Origin: an uncultured delta proteobacterium
Lineage (GTDB): Bacteria > Desulfobacterota > Binatia > Binatales > Binataceae
Reading direction: 5' to 3'
Length of the DNA stretch: 64,000 nucleotides
Assembly: GCA_963724765.1 (NCBI GenBank)
Contig: CAVRVY010000004.1
Span: forward strand, 1,664,001-1,728,000
Shown here: positions 9,845 through 21,999 of the stretch, one piece after another
How positions within the stretch are numbered: position 1 is the first letter of the stretch
Layout of the letters: each line of letters starts with the position of its first letter
Made by a program: the position numbers and the translations under genes
Notes under the pieces: generated by a model
What the model was told of the DNA's origin: nothing
What the model saw: only the letters and a program-made list of their open reading frames with translations
Database searches by the model: none

Positions 9845-10800
9845 CAAACCCTCAGGCTCGCCTGCGCGATATGGATGCGATGGGTTATCGACCAGGCCTT
9901 CTCTATCCGACCTGGTTTGCCGAGGGTTTCCACCTGGTTGAAGATCCGGACGTGGCGTATGCGCTTGCCCGCGCGTACAACAACTGGATCGCGGACTTCT
10001 GCAGGACCGCGCCAGACCGACTGTTTGCGGCGGCCATGGTCCCACTCCAGAACATGGATTACACGGTGGAGGAGCTGCGCCGCGTCGCCAAGATTCCATG
10101 TTTCCGCGGCGCGTTCATCCGGCCCATGTTTATCGAAGGGCATTACTTCACTCATCCCTACTATGATCCCCTCTGGGCCGAGTTGGAAAGCCTCGGGATT
10201 AATGCGGCGGTGCATTCCGCAACTGGATTGTGGAATCCCGAATGGACGTCGCACGGACAGTTTTTTGAGAAGGTAAAGCGCCGATTGAATCAGCGGTCTA
10301 TCATTGCTGACGCGGGAGGCGGGCCACATGCCGGAGGTGGCGGAGATCAGGGTTTCACTTTCCTCGCATCACCGCCCCTCAGTCATCCGATCGCTCCAAT
10401 TCTATCGTACTGGCTCGACAACCATATGTTTGTCGCGTCGACCTTGATCGGTCTCACGGTGATGCAGCGCTACCCTAAAATGAAAGTGGTGGTGGCCCAC
10501 GGCAAGGCCTCATGGATCGAGGAGGTGCTCGAGAAGATGGAAGCCTCGACCCGCACGGTGCCGCTACTCCATTATTATCCTGTCCGCACGGACACCGAGG
10601 AGTTGTGGAAAGAAGGACGTGTGATGCTCGGTTTCGATGCCGAAGAGCGTGTGATTCAGAAACTGCCAAACGACTTCGCTGAAAAAGTCGTCTGGGGATC
10701 TCGCTATCCGCATCACGATACCACCAGTGCGATCGAGGCGATCGAAACGCTCACGCGCGCTCGGGTTGACGAATCCATTCTCGCGCGCATGTTGCTCTGA
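9845..10800 (+). pseudogene. Amidohydrolase_2 family protein, truncated at both ends
   Basis: RLRDMDAMG, ARAYNNWIADFC, YYDPLWA, WGSRYPHHD; N-terminal metal-binding motif absent; frameshift near 9885. Confidence 0.8.
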
Positions 10801-11014
10801 GCCGATCGGGCTGGGTTTCTCGCTCAAGCGCGAGGGCGGCACCTGGAAGATCTGCGATGTCGCGGTCGACAACGTGAGCTCGCTGAACAGCTATCGCACC
10901 GAGTTCCAGCGGATCATGGGCGAGGAGGGCTTCGACGAGCTGATGACGCAGATTCAGCGCCGCGACCGCGAGCTGGCATCGACGCTGGGTAGCCCTACGG
11001 GCCTGCCCTTCTAG
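10799..11014 (+). pseudogene. MlaC/Ttg2D-like phospholipid-binding protein C-terminal fragment
   Basis: WKICDVAVDNVSSLNSYRTEFQRIM..EGFDEL. Confidence 0.7.
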
Positions 11015-11780
11015 AGCGAACGCGGCGGTTGCGCCGCCTGCTGGCCGCGCAACGGCGGTGCATGTTCGTTCACGCTTTAAGATTGGCGCAGGGCCGGGCC
11101 GCTGGCTGGCGGACGGGGCGCATGTGTCCGAATGCATATCGAATCGTACTTCGCACCTACAACCGTTCGTGAGGCGCTTAATCGCGACAGCGCCAAGCTC
11201 CTGGCCGGCGGCCCAGAGTCCTGATGCCGCTGCTTAAGCCGCGGCAGGTGGAGCCCGACTGCCTCATCGATCTTAACAGTGTCCCGGTCTTATGGCCGAT
11301 GCGAGCGGGCGATGATAGCGATTGGCGGCTTTGCCGGCGCGGCCGGCGTATGCGCGGCAGGCGGCGCTTCTGGCCGGCACCGTCTTGGACGACGCCGTCG
11401 GCGCGCGGGCGGGCGAGGTGGCCGCCGGCGAAGTCGCATAGCAAACTGCATCTGCTCGTGCCTCAGCGTCTGGAAGTGCGCCTCACGTTGGGCGCGCCGG
11501 TCACCATCCGGTTTTCGCCTCTCCCGCAACAGCTCGGAACACTGTTCTCTGAGGCTTCAGAAACCGCGCTAGTTTGCTTTTTCACCGCGGACAACGCTCC
11601 GTCAGCTGTGTGTTCTCTGATTCTCTGCGCTTGGGGGTTAGCGCAACCTTCGTGCACGCGAGAGAAGCAACCAGATAATCTCATCATCATTTCTCGCCGG
11701 CGCAAACGTAACTCCTACGTGATTGCGAGTTAGGTTAGGCTTTGGGCGCACATCGAAGCGTATTCTCAAAGGAGACAAAA

Positions 11781-13247
11781 ATGGAAACCGCAAGAGTCCC
11801 ACGAGGCGACCGGACTTATAAATTCGGCGCGTTGATGGTGGTAGCTCGTCGCGGGATGTCTGTGGGGCGCGGCGGCATCTCTATGGAGCGGAGTTGCTAG
11901 CGCCCAAATGCCGGAGAAGGTCTATACCCGCGCCGACTACACTGACTGGCTGACCAAGTACGCCAACGCTAAACCTGACTTCAAAGTGGGCGATGTGCTC
12001 ACCGCCAAGGATATCGAACGGATGCGGCCGTTCGTGATTCCCGGTTACCTGGACTATTTGAAGTTTCCGGACTTCAAAATGCGCATCGTGGCTCCGATCG
12101 ATCATACGCCGATTGGGAAGTTCCAGGATTGCACGGAGAAGTACCAGCCGCAGGTCAGGCTCAAGCCCGACGGCACGATGGACAAACTACGGCTGCGGAC
12201 AGCCCTTCAACAATGCCGAGCTTAAGGTGGGCGACCCTACGTCGGGGATCAAGGCGGGCTGGAACTGGAACCAGAAATGGATGTCGTACGGGCTCGCACA
12301 ATCCAACGTGATATGGATTTGGGTGCGCTTCGACGGCTCACCGAGACATACGCCGCCCACGATGATCCCGCCCGGGAACTTCATGCTGCTGGCGCCGCCG
12401 GAGGGCTGGACGCTGCCCACCGATTTTTCTCCCTTCTACCGCGGGGGTGGAACTTTCCAGCGGACCCTGCAAAGCAATTACGAGCACCTGGTTCTGAGCC
12501 ACCTGGCGAATCTCGACGGCGGCGGATCTTCCCGGCGCCAACGGGGTGGAGTGGAAGGAGATCACGGGGTTTTATTCGCCGTTCGATATTCGCGGCACGG
12601 AATTCATCATTTACCGCTACACCGATCCGTTCAGGAACGACGACGCATGGGCCTACATTCCGACTCTGCGGCGCGTGCGCCGGGTCTCGGTCGAAACCAA
12701 GTATGATTCGCTGTTGGGGACCGACCACACGCTGGACGACTTTTACGGCTATGCGGGCCGGACTCTGGAGACGGACTGGAAGTTCCTGGGTTGGAAAGAC
12801 GTTCTCTGCGTGTGCGATCCGGCTAAAATGTACGACCATCTCTACGGCCCAAATGGCATAATCCCTGACGAAGACTGGGAACTGCGAAAGCAAATCGTCC
12901 TCGAACGCATTCCCAAGAACCCGCGCCATCCATACAGCAGCGCGATCATGTTCATAGATCCGCAAATCTGGTACGACTCGTTCCACGTGGCGTTCGATCA
13001 TTCGGGAAAGCTGTGGAAGATATTCCAGTGGCAGTGGAAGTGGACGGAGACGATCCCGCCCCCGTGGGATAAGTACAACAAGGGCGTCAACACCGTTACC
13101 TGGCAAGCCGTTAATGACATCGATGTGCAGAATAAACGGGGCACTATCATAAATGCTTTTGGCGACGGCTTCCCCGATGTCAGCTCCGACCTGACCATGT
13201 ACCAGAAGCGGTTCGACATCAATTCGCTGGAAGAGGTTCATCGCTAG
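11781..13247 (+). pseudogene. DUF1329 (outer-membrane lipoprotein-sorting-like) protein with several frameshifts
   Basis: GGAG RBS and ATG at 11781; pieces 11908-12225, 12113-12706 and 12546-13247; DDAWAYIPTLRRVRR, GTDHTLDDFYG, GKLWK motifs. Confidence 0.8.
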
Positions 13248-13387
13248 ACGATCAAGCTAAAGAAGGGCCTGCCTACTCTCCTCAACCGTTCTCCACCGAC
13301 GGGCGTGCGCCAATTGTCGCAGCGCACGCCTGTTGGCCCTTGCCAAAACGCGGTCCGAACCCTGGCTGCCTGAGACGAGGAGCGAAC

Positions 13388-14410
13388 ATGAAATTCGGAG
13401 TGATGTATGACTTCCGTAATCCGCGCGGAGCGTGGTGGAAGCCGTACCCGAAGCTACTGCGGGAGTTGCTCGATCAAATCGTTGCGGTCGACGGCATGGG
13501 ATACGACAACGTCTGGGTTACCGAGCATCACTTTGTCGAGGACGACTACAATCCCTCCGCGATGACCGCCCTGGCGGCGATTGCCGTGCGCACCGAGCGA
13601 ATCAGGATTGGTTCGTTCGTGATGCTCATGCCGTTTCAGGATCCGCTGCGGATCGCCGAGGACGGTGCCTGCGTCGACAACTGGTCCAACGGACGTCTGG
13701 AGCTGGGAGTGGGACAGGGCTACCGGATCGACGAATTCTCCGGGTTCTGCATGTCCAGGCCTGAACGTACGGCTCGCATGGCTGAAGGTATTGCGCTGGT
13801 CGACCGGCTGTGGACGGAGGAAAACGTCACCTTCGAGGGAAGATTCAGCCGCGTCAGGAACGTTACCATCAGTCCAAGGCCGGCGCAGAAGCCGCGGCCG
13901 CCTATCTGGATCGGGGCCAGGACGGCAAAGGCGGTACGGCGAGCGGCGGAGCGCGGCTACAACCTGATGGCCACCATCGGGCCCGATCCGGCAATCCCGT
14001 ACCGCGCCGCGCTCAAGGAATTCGGCCGCAATCCCGCCGACTATTCGATCGCGCAGCTTCGCATGGTGTACGTAGCGAAAAACTCCGGCCAGGCTTGGGA
14101 CGATACCCAGGAACATATCCACTACATGATGCAGCACTACGCCAAATGGTTGGGCGGCGAAGCGAAGGATGCGCCGGGTGACGAGAACGTATGGGATCTG
14201 AGCGAGGCCCGGGAGCTGCGCAATTCTAAGTATGCCGAGGGGCTGGTGATCGGAACGCCCGAGGAGTGCGCGAGAAAGCTGGAGAGGTTTTGCAAAGAAT
14301 ATTCTTGCACGCACTTCGTCATCACGAGTCATTTCCCGGGGATGGATCCAAAAAAATCAACTCAATCCCTCGAGCTTTTCGCCAGGGAGATCATGCCGCA
14401 CTTCCGTTAA
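13388..14410 (+). CDS. LLM-class (luciferase-like) flavin-dependent oxidoreductase
   Basis: MKFG, VWVTEHHF, GRLELGVGQGY, PRPPIWIG; GAGGAG RBS. Confidence 0.92.
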   Translation: MKFGVMYDFRNPRGAWWKPYPKLLRELLDQIVAVDGMGYDNVWVTEHHFVEDDYNPSAMTALAAIAVRTERIRIGSFVMLMPFQDPLRIAEDGACVDNWSNGRLELGVGQGYRIDEFSGFCMSRPERTARMAEGIALVDRLWTEENVTFEGRFSRVRNVTISPRPAQKPRPPIWIGARTAKAVRRAAERGYNLMATIGPDPAIPYRAALKEFGRNPADYSIAQLRMVYVAKNSGQAWDDTQEHIHYMMQHYAKWLGGEAKDAPGDENVWDLSEARELRNSKYAEGLVIGTPEECARKLERFCKEYSCTHFVITSHFPGMDPKKSTQSLELFAREIMPHFR

Positions 14411-14757
14411 GCGGAACCCGACGTGCGCTTTCTCGGTTGGTCACTGATCTTCTTCAATCGTTTCGACGATCTGACGATCTAGGGAGCGAGAATGCTTCCA
14501 TAAGGGGTGGGGGAGCCCCGGTCGAGACAGGATCGTACAGGCACAACTGGGCCGGGTGTCCCTGCTGAAAATTCGATCTGAACGGAAACTTGGGCAGGCG
14601 CGAGAGCGAAGATCGTTCGGCTGGCGGCACGCGGAAGCAGCTGCGATCAAAGTCGGTCACGGCTTCCAGCCGAATCAGATGGGCAGGTTTCGACCAGGAA
14701 AGGCGTGGACGATGTGGCACCGGTCGCTGCGGCGGCATCAACGGTGAGTGCGAAGAG

Positions 14758-15779
14758 TCACGCCGCGAGGCGCTGGTAGCGATGGTGCATACCACCGACT
14801 TGGGGGATGGCGATGATTTTTCCGACCTTGGGCACCTGTATCGGCCGCTGCTCAGGGCAATCCTTGTTCAATGAAAGATGCGTCCGGGTGCGATGGTAAT
14901 AGTCGAGGTAAGATGTGAAGACGCGACGCAGATGGCGCTCGTTGAAGATGACCAGGTGGTCCAGCACTCGCGGCGTATCGAACCGATGACCCGTTCGACG
15001 TACGCATTCTGCCAGGGTGAGCGTGGCGCAGTTATGACCTCGACGATGCCCATCGCTTCGACCCGTCGGCGGAAGTTTGTGCCATACGAGGCGTCGCGAT
15101 CGCGCAGCAGATAGCGCGGAGCGGTGTCCCACGGGAATACTTCGGTTACCTGCTGTGAAAGCCAGCTTGCCGTGGGGTGCTCGGTGACATCAAACCGCAC
15201 AATCCTCCTGCGATCGTGAGCCAGGATGATCATCACATACAAGAGCTGAAACGACGCCGACACAACCACGAACATGTCGATGGCGGCGATTCCCGCAGCC
15301 GGATTGCGCAAGAAACTGCGCCAAGTCGGCGAAGGCCTTCTGACTCGTCGCACCATGTACTTGGCGACCGTCGCCTGGCTGACCTTAATGCCGAGCTTGA
15401 GGATCTCGCCATGGATACGTGGCGCGCCCCACAACGGGTTAGCTTTGCTCATCTGCCGGATCAGGTCACGGACCTCGCGAGCCGCGCGCGGCCGTCCCGC
15501 CCGTCAACGCCACCGCCAGTAGAGCCGGAAACCCGCGCGATGCCACTGGACCACGGTCGCTGATTTGACCAGCACCATGACTTTCAAACAGCGCGGCCAT
15601 ACCCGATAGAGCCAAACCCAGAGCAGGCGGTCCAGCGATGTAAGCTTCGGACGACCGGGCTGCTGGCGCCGCAAAACCGCTAACTGATGACGTAGCGCGA
15701 CCACCTCAAGTTCCAGCGCCGCCCTGCTTCGAAACCTGCAAACTAACAGTGAAGAGAGCGTCGTCATGAGTGCGAGCAT
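14758..15779 (-). pseudogene. rve-integrase-core (IS481/IS3-like) transposase, frameshifted
   Basis: LELEVVALRHQL..., NPLWGAPRIHGE, AIDMF, LLRDRD, PWQNAYVER, GGMHHRY spread over three frames. Confidence 0.88.
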
Positions 15780-15909
15780 GCCGGCCAGCCTACGGCGCCG
15801 TCTTCCAAAACCCCAATGGTTGCCTCGCTTTTGGAATTTTCAGCAGCCACAGGGAAGACGTCGTGAACTCATCCGACCCACCGCCAGTCGCTCGACATTG
15901 TGCAAGACC

Positions 15910-16374
15910 TCAATCGCGCCGCCGTTTGGAAACGTCAGCCGCCAAGCGAGCGACTTCAGCATCAGTCACGTAACGGTTGGCGGCTCCCCGCGCGTATTCC
16001 TCGTCAGCATGCCTGGCAATGTCGCTCAATGAGAGGAGACCCACCAGACGGCCCTCCTTGTTAAGCACTGGTAGGCGGCGAACCTGCTTGTCGTGCATGA
16101 TTCTTTCAGCCGCAGAAAGATCATCATCTGAAGTACAATCGAAAAGCTGCCTCGACATCACCGCGGAAACCTTGATTTCGCCTATCGGCACGCCCTGAAA
16201 GAAAGCTGCCATGCAGATGTCTCGATCGCTAAGCATTCCCACCACGCGCGCATGTTCATTCAAGATCGGAACGCATCCACAATCATGGTCCCACATCAAT
16301 TGCGCCGCTGTGGCCAGACTATCGGACGTGAAGCACGTTCTGACGTTCGTGGTCATGACGTCTTTAACTTTCAC
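15910..16374 (-). CDS. CBS-domain protein
   Basis: MKVKDVMT, HDCGCVP, GMLSDRDI, VRRLPV, GLLSLSDI. Confidence 0.9.
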   Translation of the reverse strand: MKVKDVMTTNVRTCFTSDSLATAAQLMWDHDCGCVPILNEHARVVGMLSDRDICMAAFFQGVPIGEIKVSAVMSRQLFDCTSDDDLSAAERIMHDKQVRRLPVLNKEGRLVGLLSLSDIARHADEEYARGAANRYVTDAEVARLAADVSKRRRD

Positions 16375-16663
16375 GGCGGTTCATCCTGCTTCTAGCGACA
16401 TGCCAATCCTCGGTCAACTCATCCGCCGTTCGGCTCAGATCTTGGAGGCTTCGCCCATGGATGACTGTCCGGTCACTGGCCAATCGCCGCAAGGCTGCCG
16501 CCGGAATCCAGATCCTTGCAGTCGATCCGACTACGGTCTCGCCCGCAAGCCGCTCTCCGCCCCGCAAACTTGGTTACGCTCGCGCCGCTGTTTTTGAACG
16601 CGACCATCCGTTGGCAGGTGCGGCGACGTAGACTGACATTTCAATCGGTACCAGAGATCGGGC

Positions 16664-19189
16664 TCAGCGAAACCACAAAATGCGAGCGTTCTCGAGCGGG
16701 ACGCGAACCACCGGATGGTAGGGAATGATACGGGGCGTGTAGTGCCACGCCGGCCGACCCGCCGATACGCTAGCATGGTATACATAGCCCGCGTCGGTGA
16801 TCGGACCATTCACCTCCATCTCGAGTCGAAACGGAAGCTCGTCTCTCAGCGGATCGGCGTAGAGCTCGACGCGCACGGCATCGGGAGACAAACTACCGAG
16901 GTAAACCTCCACGTCGAAGACATGCCCCTCGTCGGCAGAGCCTGCCACGCGAAGTTCGCCGAAGCGCACGTCGCGCCAGTGCGATGCCACGTCCTGCTCC
17001 CACTTCTGCAACGACGCGCCCGCGGCGCCGCGATTTCGGGCCCGCTCGCGGTAATGCGCAGCCGCATCAAGGTAATAAGTCTCCGTGTATTCGCGCACAG
17101 CACGATTAGCCGAAAAGCGCGGCGTCAAGCGCGCCATGCTTTCGCGCATCCGAGCGATCCATGCTGAAGGAATCCCGTCAGCGTTCCGGTTGTAGAACTC
17201 CGGAATAACCTCTTTCTCGAGAATTCCGTACAACGCCCGCGCTTCAGCCGCATCCCACTCCGGATCGTCGCCGTGCTCCTGTCCGTCATCCAGCGCCCAG
17301 CCCAGCTTTGGCGAGTAAGCCTCGGCCCACCAGCCGTCCAGTTCCGACAGGTTGAGGCCGCCGTTGACCAACACTTTCATCCCGCTAGTGCCGCACGCTT
17401 CCCAGGTCCTGCGCGGAGTGTTGATCCACACGTCCGCGCCTTGCACCAAGTGCTCGGCCAGGATCAAATCATAGTCGCTCAGAAAAACCGCGTGGTTGCG
17501 AACCTCGGGACGCTGAACGAAGCGCACCCACGTCTGCACCATTTGCTGGCCGGCTTCGTCTCGTGGATGCGCCTTGCCGGCAATCACCAGTTGAACCGGT
17601 CGCTCACGATTGGTCAGGATGCGAATCAGGCGCTCGGGATCGCTCAGCAGCAGGGTCGGTCGCTTGTAGGTTGCAAAACGCCGCGCGAAACCCAACGTTA
17701 GCGTATTCGGGTCGAACACCTTACGAGCGGTCTCCGACTCCGCGCCGCGGCGCGCCAATTCCAGCGCGAGCCGCTCGCGCACGTAGCTCACCAGCTCTCG
17801 CCGATTGCTGGTGCGAAGCTGCCAGAGATCAGCGTCGGAGACCCGGGTTATGTCGGCCTCAACGGTCTCCATCGTTCCGCGCCAACGATCGCGCCCGCAG
17901 GCCTGCGTCCATAACGTGTCCGCCGCGATGGAATCCCAAGTCGGAGTGTGGACGCCGTTGGTGACATGACCGATTGGCACCTCCACCTCGGGCCAGCGAG
18001 GAAACAGACACTGAAAGATACGCCGGCTTACCACGCCATGGAGACGGCTGACGGCATTGACCGCCGCGCTGCCGCGCGTAGCGAGATAGGCCATGTTGAA
18101 GGGCTCGTCCAGATCGTTCGGATTCCGGCGACCGAGCGCCAGCAGCCGTGGCAGATTGATACCAAGCCGCTGCTCGGCATAGCGCGTCATGAACCGGTCG
18201 ATCAGGCTCGGCGCGAAGCGGTCGAAGCCCGCAGCGACCGGAGTGTGAGTCGTGAACAGATTGCCGGCGCGCGTGACCGTAAACGCGACGTCGAAGGGCT
18301 GCCCGCTCTCTTCGCTGAAGCTTGCCGCGCGCTCCAGGACCGCGAGTGCGGCGTGCCCCTCGTTGAGATGGCAAACCTCCGGTTTGATTCCGAGCTCGCG
18401 CAGGAGGCGCCATCCGCCGATTCCGAGCACCATTTCCTGCGCCAGCCGCAATTCGGGGCCGCCTCCGTAGAGTTCGCTGGTGATTCCGCGAAAGGCCGGC
18501 GCGTTGGCGGGATCGTTGCTGTCGAGAAGATACAGCGTCACGCGGCCGACCCGCGCCTGCCATGCGCGCAGCCACAGCGCTTGGCCCGGCAACTGGACTC
18601 TGAGCCTGAACCATTCGCCGTCCTTGTCGCGCACGGGTGTGACCGGCATTTGCCCGGGATCGTTGAAGGGATAGAGCGCGCGCTGGCTTCCGTCTGCCTC
18701 GATGACCTGGCGGAAATATCCCTGCTGGTACAGCAGTCCCACGCCGGCGAGCGGCACACCGAGATCGCTTGCGGCCTTGAGCTGATCGCCGGCAACATTG
18801 CCGAGCCCGCCCGAGTAAATTGGGAGCGCCTCACTAAGCCCGAACTCCATGCTGAAATAGGCAACACAGCTAAGACTCGAATTATTATGCGTGTTCTGAA
18901 ACCATGCCGCACTCTTGAGGTGCTGCCGGGAGCGCTCGACCAGCCCTTGGACTGTTTTGCGGAACTCACGGTCGGCCAGTAGGACTCTGAGTTTCGCGCG
19001 GGAGGCGGTCTGCAAAACCACCCATGGATTATGGGTGAGAGACCATAGCTCGGGTTCGAGTCTGCTCCATATCGGATCGGTTGTGTGGTCCCAGCAGTTT
19101 CTGAGGTCCAGGGCGAGTTCGGACAAATGTTCCAGACTTCCGGCCACCGTAGCCGGGAAATCGCGCGTCGGTTCGGATATCGATCTCAT
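16664..19189 (-). CDS. glgP: Alpha-glucan (glycogen) phosphorylase
   Basis: AYFSMEFG, YSGGLG, HLNEGH, GFARRFATYKR, EACGTSGMK (PLP lysine). Confidence 0.95.
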   Translation of the reverse strand: MRSISEPTRDFPATVAGSLEHLSELALDLRNCWDHTTDPIWSRLEPELWSLTHNPWVVLQTASRAKLRVLLADREFRKTVQGLVERSRQHLKSAAWFQNTHNNSSLSCVAYFSMEFGLSEALPIYSGGLGNVAGDQLKAASDLGVPLAGVGLLYQQGYFRQVIEADGSQRALYPFNDPGQMPVTPVRDKDGEWFRLRVQLPGQALWLRAWQARVGRVTLYLLDSNDPANAPAFRGITSELYGGGPELRLAQEMVLGIGGWRLLRELGIKPEVCHLNEGHAALAVLERAASFSEESGQPFDVAFTVTRAGNLFTTHTPVAAGFDRFAPSLIDRFMTRYAEQRLGINLPRLLALGRRNPNDLDEPFNMAYLATRGSAAVNAVSRLHGVVSRRIFQCLFPRWPEVEVPIGHVTNGVHTPTWDSIAADTLWTQACGRDRWRGTMETVEADITRVSDADLWQLRTSNRRELVSYVRERLALELARRGAESETARKVFDPNTLTLGFARRFATYKRPTLLLSDPERLIRILTNRERPVQLVIAGKAHPRDEAGQQMVQTWVRFVQRPEVRNHAVFLSDYDLILAEHLVQGADVWINTPRRTWEACGTSGMKVLVNGGLNLSELDGWWAEAYSPKLGWALDDGQEHGDDPEWDAAEARALYGILEKEVIPEFYNRNADGIPSAWIARMRESMARLTPRFSANRAVREYTETYYLDAAAHYRERARNRGAAGASLQKWEQDVASHWRDVRFGELRVAGSADEGHVFDVEVYLGSLSPDAVRVELYADPLRDELPFRLEMEVNGPITDAGYVYHASVSAGRPAWHYTPRIIPYHPVVRVPLENARILWFR

Positions 19190-19381
19190 TTAAACAAGAT
19201 ATCGAAATATCGGCAGAGAGCATCGCATCGCGCGTGACAATATGGCTCGCTGCGGACACGGATCCGATGCAATTTAACCTAAGCGTAACGGTGCGATAGA
19301 TTTTTCTGCGTCCACGTGCCTGACGTTCCGCGAACCGGCGGCGCGCTTTAGATTGGGAGACCCCACGAGGGCCGACGGTGC

Positions 19382-19537
19382 CTAGATAGCAAAGCCACGT
19401 TTGTAGGCGGATTTCCATTCGGTCAGCAGCGCCCCATCGCCGAGATCCAGGCGGGAGGGTTGCTCGGCCACGTTTATGTAGACTGCCGCCCCGGCAAACA
19501 GCGCGGCGGCAATGAGTGCGAGTTGTCCCGCGAGCAT
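19382..19537 (-). pseudogene. DUF1772-like membrane protein 5' fragment
   Basis: [25 protein letters not shown]...EWKSAYKRG followed by a premature stop. Confidence 0.7.
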
Positions 19538-20015
19538 CCTGAACTCTCCTCCGACGCTCGAAAAGCCGTGCGGGCTGTCGTAGCAGACGCCGCAGATCGT
19601 TACAAAAATCCTGAAGCGACCGGTAATGCTGCGCCGCCGATCTTCTCCGCCATGACACGGTAGCCGCAGGTCCCGCCCCTGGGGAAAAGACCCGTCGAGT
19701 GCGCAATTTACCGCCCGTAGTGTTTGGATCAGCCTCCTGCCGAAAGCCCATCGTCCGGTTTCCTCTTGCAAGGGCCCCCCGTGAAGGGATGAAAGATGAG
19801 CTTCGCTCGAATCTTGGCATTCGCCAAAGTTGCCTGCGCCATGCAAGCATGCAGATGACGCTGCTGCAGCGCGTCCAGAAAGTCTGTGATTTTCCGAGCT
19901 TCAGCGCCATCAACGTCTTGGATGCGTTGCTGTAATTGATTCAGGTTATTCTCGACGGCCCCGCAGGGCCTTGAGCACTGCGCTCGTGGTCCGCGGAGAA
20001 CGCAAGGAGGAGCAT

Positions 20016-20450
20016 ATGCCAGAGGGCACTCTCAATCCGTCCAATCGAAAGGAATTCAACCGCCAGCTAATCGAGGAGTTCCGCGCCAACGGCGGCAAGG
20101 TCACCGGCCAGTTCGCCAATCGGCCCTTGCTTCTCCTCACTTCGACCGGCGCCAAGAGCGGGCGCCCCTATACCACCCCGGTGGTGTACACGACGGACGG
20201 CGACCGCCTGGTCGTGATTGCGTCCAAAGGCGGCGCACCGAGCAATCCGGACTGGTACTACAACCTCGTGGCGCATCCCATGGCGACGGTGGAGCTGCCC
20301 AAGGAGCGCTTTCAGGCCAAGGTTATCATCACGACCGGCGCCGAGCGCGAGCGGCTCTTCAACCACCAGGCCGAAGAGATGCCGCAATTTGCCGAGTATC
20401 AGAAAAAGACCACCCGCCCTATCCCGGTGCTCGCGCTGGAAAGAATCTAA
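20016..20450 (+). CDS. Deazaflavin (F420)-dependent nitroreductase family protein
   Basis: EEFRANGGKV, LLLTSTGAKSG, ASKGGAPSNPDWYYNL; AAGGAGG RBS. Confidence 0.92.
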   Translation: MPEGTLNPSNRKEFNRQLIEEFRANGGKVTGQFANRPLLLLTSTGAKSGRPYTTPVVYTTDGDRLVVIASKGGAPSNPDWYYNLVAHPMATVELPKERFQAKVIITTGAERERLFNHQAEEMPQFAEYQKKTTRPIPVLALERI

Positions 20451-20561
20451 GCCGGGCGAACGAGGCCGGGCGGTCTTGCCCTCCCTTGATTGGCGATGCG
20501 GTTGTTGTGCAAATGGTGAAGGACGAGGCCGAGGCTATCGCTCCTACCCGCTAAGCGCGGT

Positions 20562-20912
20562 TCAGCACGTCACGTGGAGAATGGCGTTGGTGTCGTCGGA
20601 TTTCTGGGCAAGCGTCTCCATTGCCTCGTCGGTAGGCAGAATCAGCAGATCGATTTTTCGGCGGCGCGCTTCACGTTTCACCTCGTCCATCACCGGAAGC
20701 GATCCATATCTTCCGGTGCCGATTACGAGGCGTCGGCACTTCCACGGCACCTCCTCCTCAACCGAGATCGGAGTGTGCCCAAACTTCTCGCGGAATTTCT
20801 TGGAGGGCTTCTTCTTGCGCTTGCGAATCTTGCCGCGGTCGATGACCACGTCATATTCGTAGGTGACACCGTCAATTTTGATCGTACCGAAGTGAAATTT
20901 GCCGAAGTCCAT
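20562..20912 (-). CDS. Mth938-like domain protein
   Basis: FGTIKIDG..Y..DVVI, LVIGTG..G, C-terminal HVTC. Confidence 0.85.
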   Translation of the reverse strand: MDFGKFHFGTIKIDGVTYEYDVVIDRGKIRKRKKKPSKKFREKFGHTPISVEEEVPWKCRRLVIGTGRYGSLPVMDEVKREARRRKIDLLILPTDEAMETLAQKSDDTNAILHVTC

Positions 20913-21222
20913 GGCGGAGCCTCCAACTGAGATCGTTCTCTATTCGTCTCTTGCGGGATCTTTCAGACCTGGTCAAGGATCCGAATGAAATCCGCACCGG
21001 ACTCGTTTGTCTCGGGTCGCGGACTCGGCGTTCGCATCTGATCGTGGTTGATACCAGTCCCCGCGCGGAGGGCCGTTTTGGTTATCACGCTTGGCAAGGC
21101 GTTCGGCGCCCGGATCGTCGGCTACTGCCTCGATGCCAGCGTGTCCGATTGCCTGCGACGCGACGCCCTGCGCCAAGGCCGCGAGCGGACAATCCGAGCT
21201 TAGAGCGGTATTGAGGGGTGTT

Positions 21223-21711
21223 ATGGCCAAGACTAGTGCAGGATTGGTGATGTACCGAGTTCCGAACAATCGACTGCAGGTGCTCCTGGTCCATCTCGGA
21301 GGTCCTTTTTGGGCTAAGAAGGACGAAGGAGCCTGGTTTATTCCGAAAGGGGAACTCTCCCCGGCCGAGGATGAGTTTGCCGCCGCAGAGCGAGAGTTTC
21401 GGGAGGAAACCGGCTTCGAGCCTCACGGCAACTTCATCTCGCTGGGCAGCGTTAAGCTTAAAGGAGGCAAGATAGTTTATGCATGGGCTTTCGAGGGCGA
21501 TTGCGACCCCTCATCGATAAGAAGCAATAGCTTTACTATGGAGTGGCCTCCGCGCTCTGGTAACAAAAGGGCGTTCCCTGAAATAGATCGAGCGCAGTTC
21601 TTTACCGTCGAGCAAGCGAGAGCAAAGAGCAACACCGCCGAATTCGAATTTATTAATCGACTAGAGAAAATTTGTATCGAGCGAGGTGCCATCCGCCCCA
21701 GCTCCTCCTAG
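21223..21711 (+). CDS. NUDIX hydrolase
   Basis: PKGE...AAEREFREETG Nudix box; EWPPRSG...FPEIDR. Confidence 0.9.
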   Translation: MAKTSAGLVMYRVPNNRLQVLLVHLGGPFWAKKDEGAWFIPKGELSPAEDEFAAAEREFREETGFEPHGNFISLGSVKLKGGKIVYAWAFEGDCDPSSIRSNSFTMEWPPRSGNKRAFPEIDRAQFFTVEQARAKSNTAEFEFINRLEKICIERGAIRPSSS

Positions 21712-21999
21712 GAGCGTGGCCCGAGCAAAGAAACCTGACCCGAAAAATGGAACTCATTCGCAGGATCGGATCAAGCACTTGAAGAGCTTTTGAAGAACCC
21801 ATTCCCAGCGCCTCGATCTCCGCGGGCGAGCTGTTCGAGGTAGGCTTTTGGAAAGTGAGCTTACGAAGAGTATTTCTTTGAGTGCTGACAATAACCATTC
21901 CGCGATAGCGGTGTCCTTATAGGACCATGCGGTTCAAGCCCTCGGTTTCTAGTTAATCATGAGCGGCGCGTGGCGGCATGATCTCATACCGGTTCTGAG

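Noticed and set aside
11200-11530. CoxM/XdhB-like snippet (QSLMPLLK...LIDLN) and a Pro/Ala-rich stretch
   Set aside because: Fragments of about 30 aa, too short to call; treated as part of the decay mosaic
17273-18982. Long antisense ORFs over glgP (also over cox, LLM and PEPCK genes)
   Set aside because: Shadow ORFs expected in GC-rich coding DNA, with no recognisable motifs
19222-19242. Possible sigma-54 promoter for glgP (TGTCACGCGCGATGC on the minus strand)
   Set aside because: The invariant GG at -24 is GT, so it is not supportable
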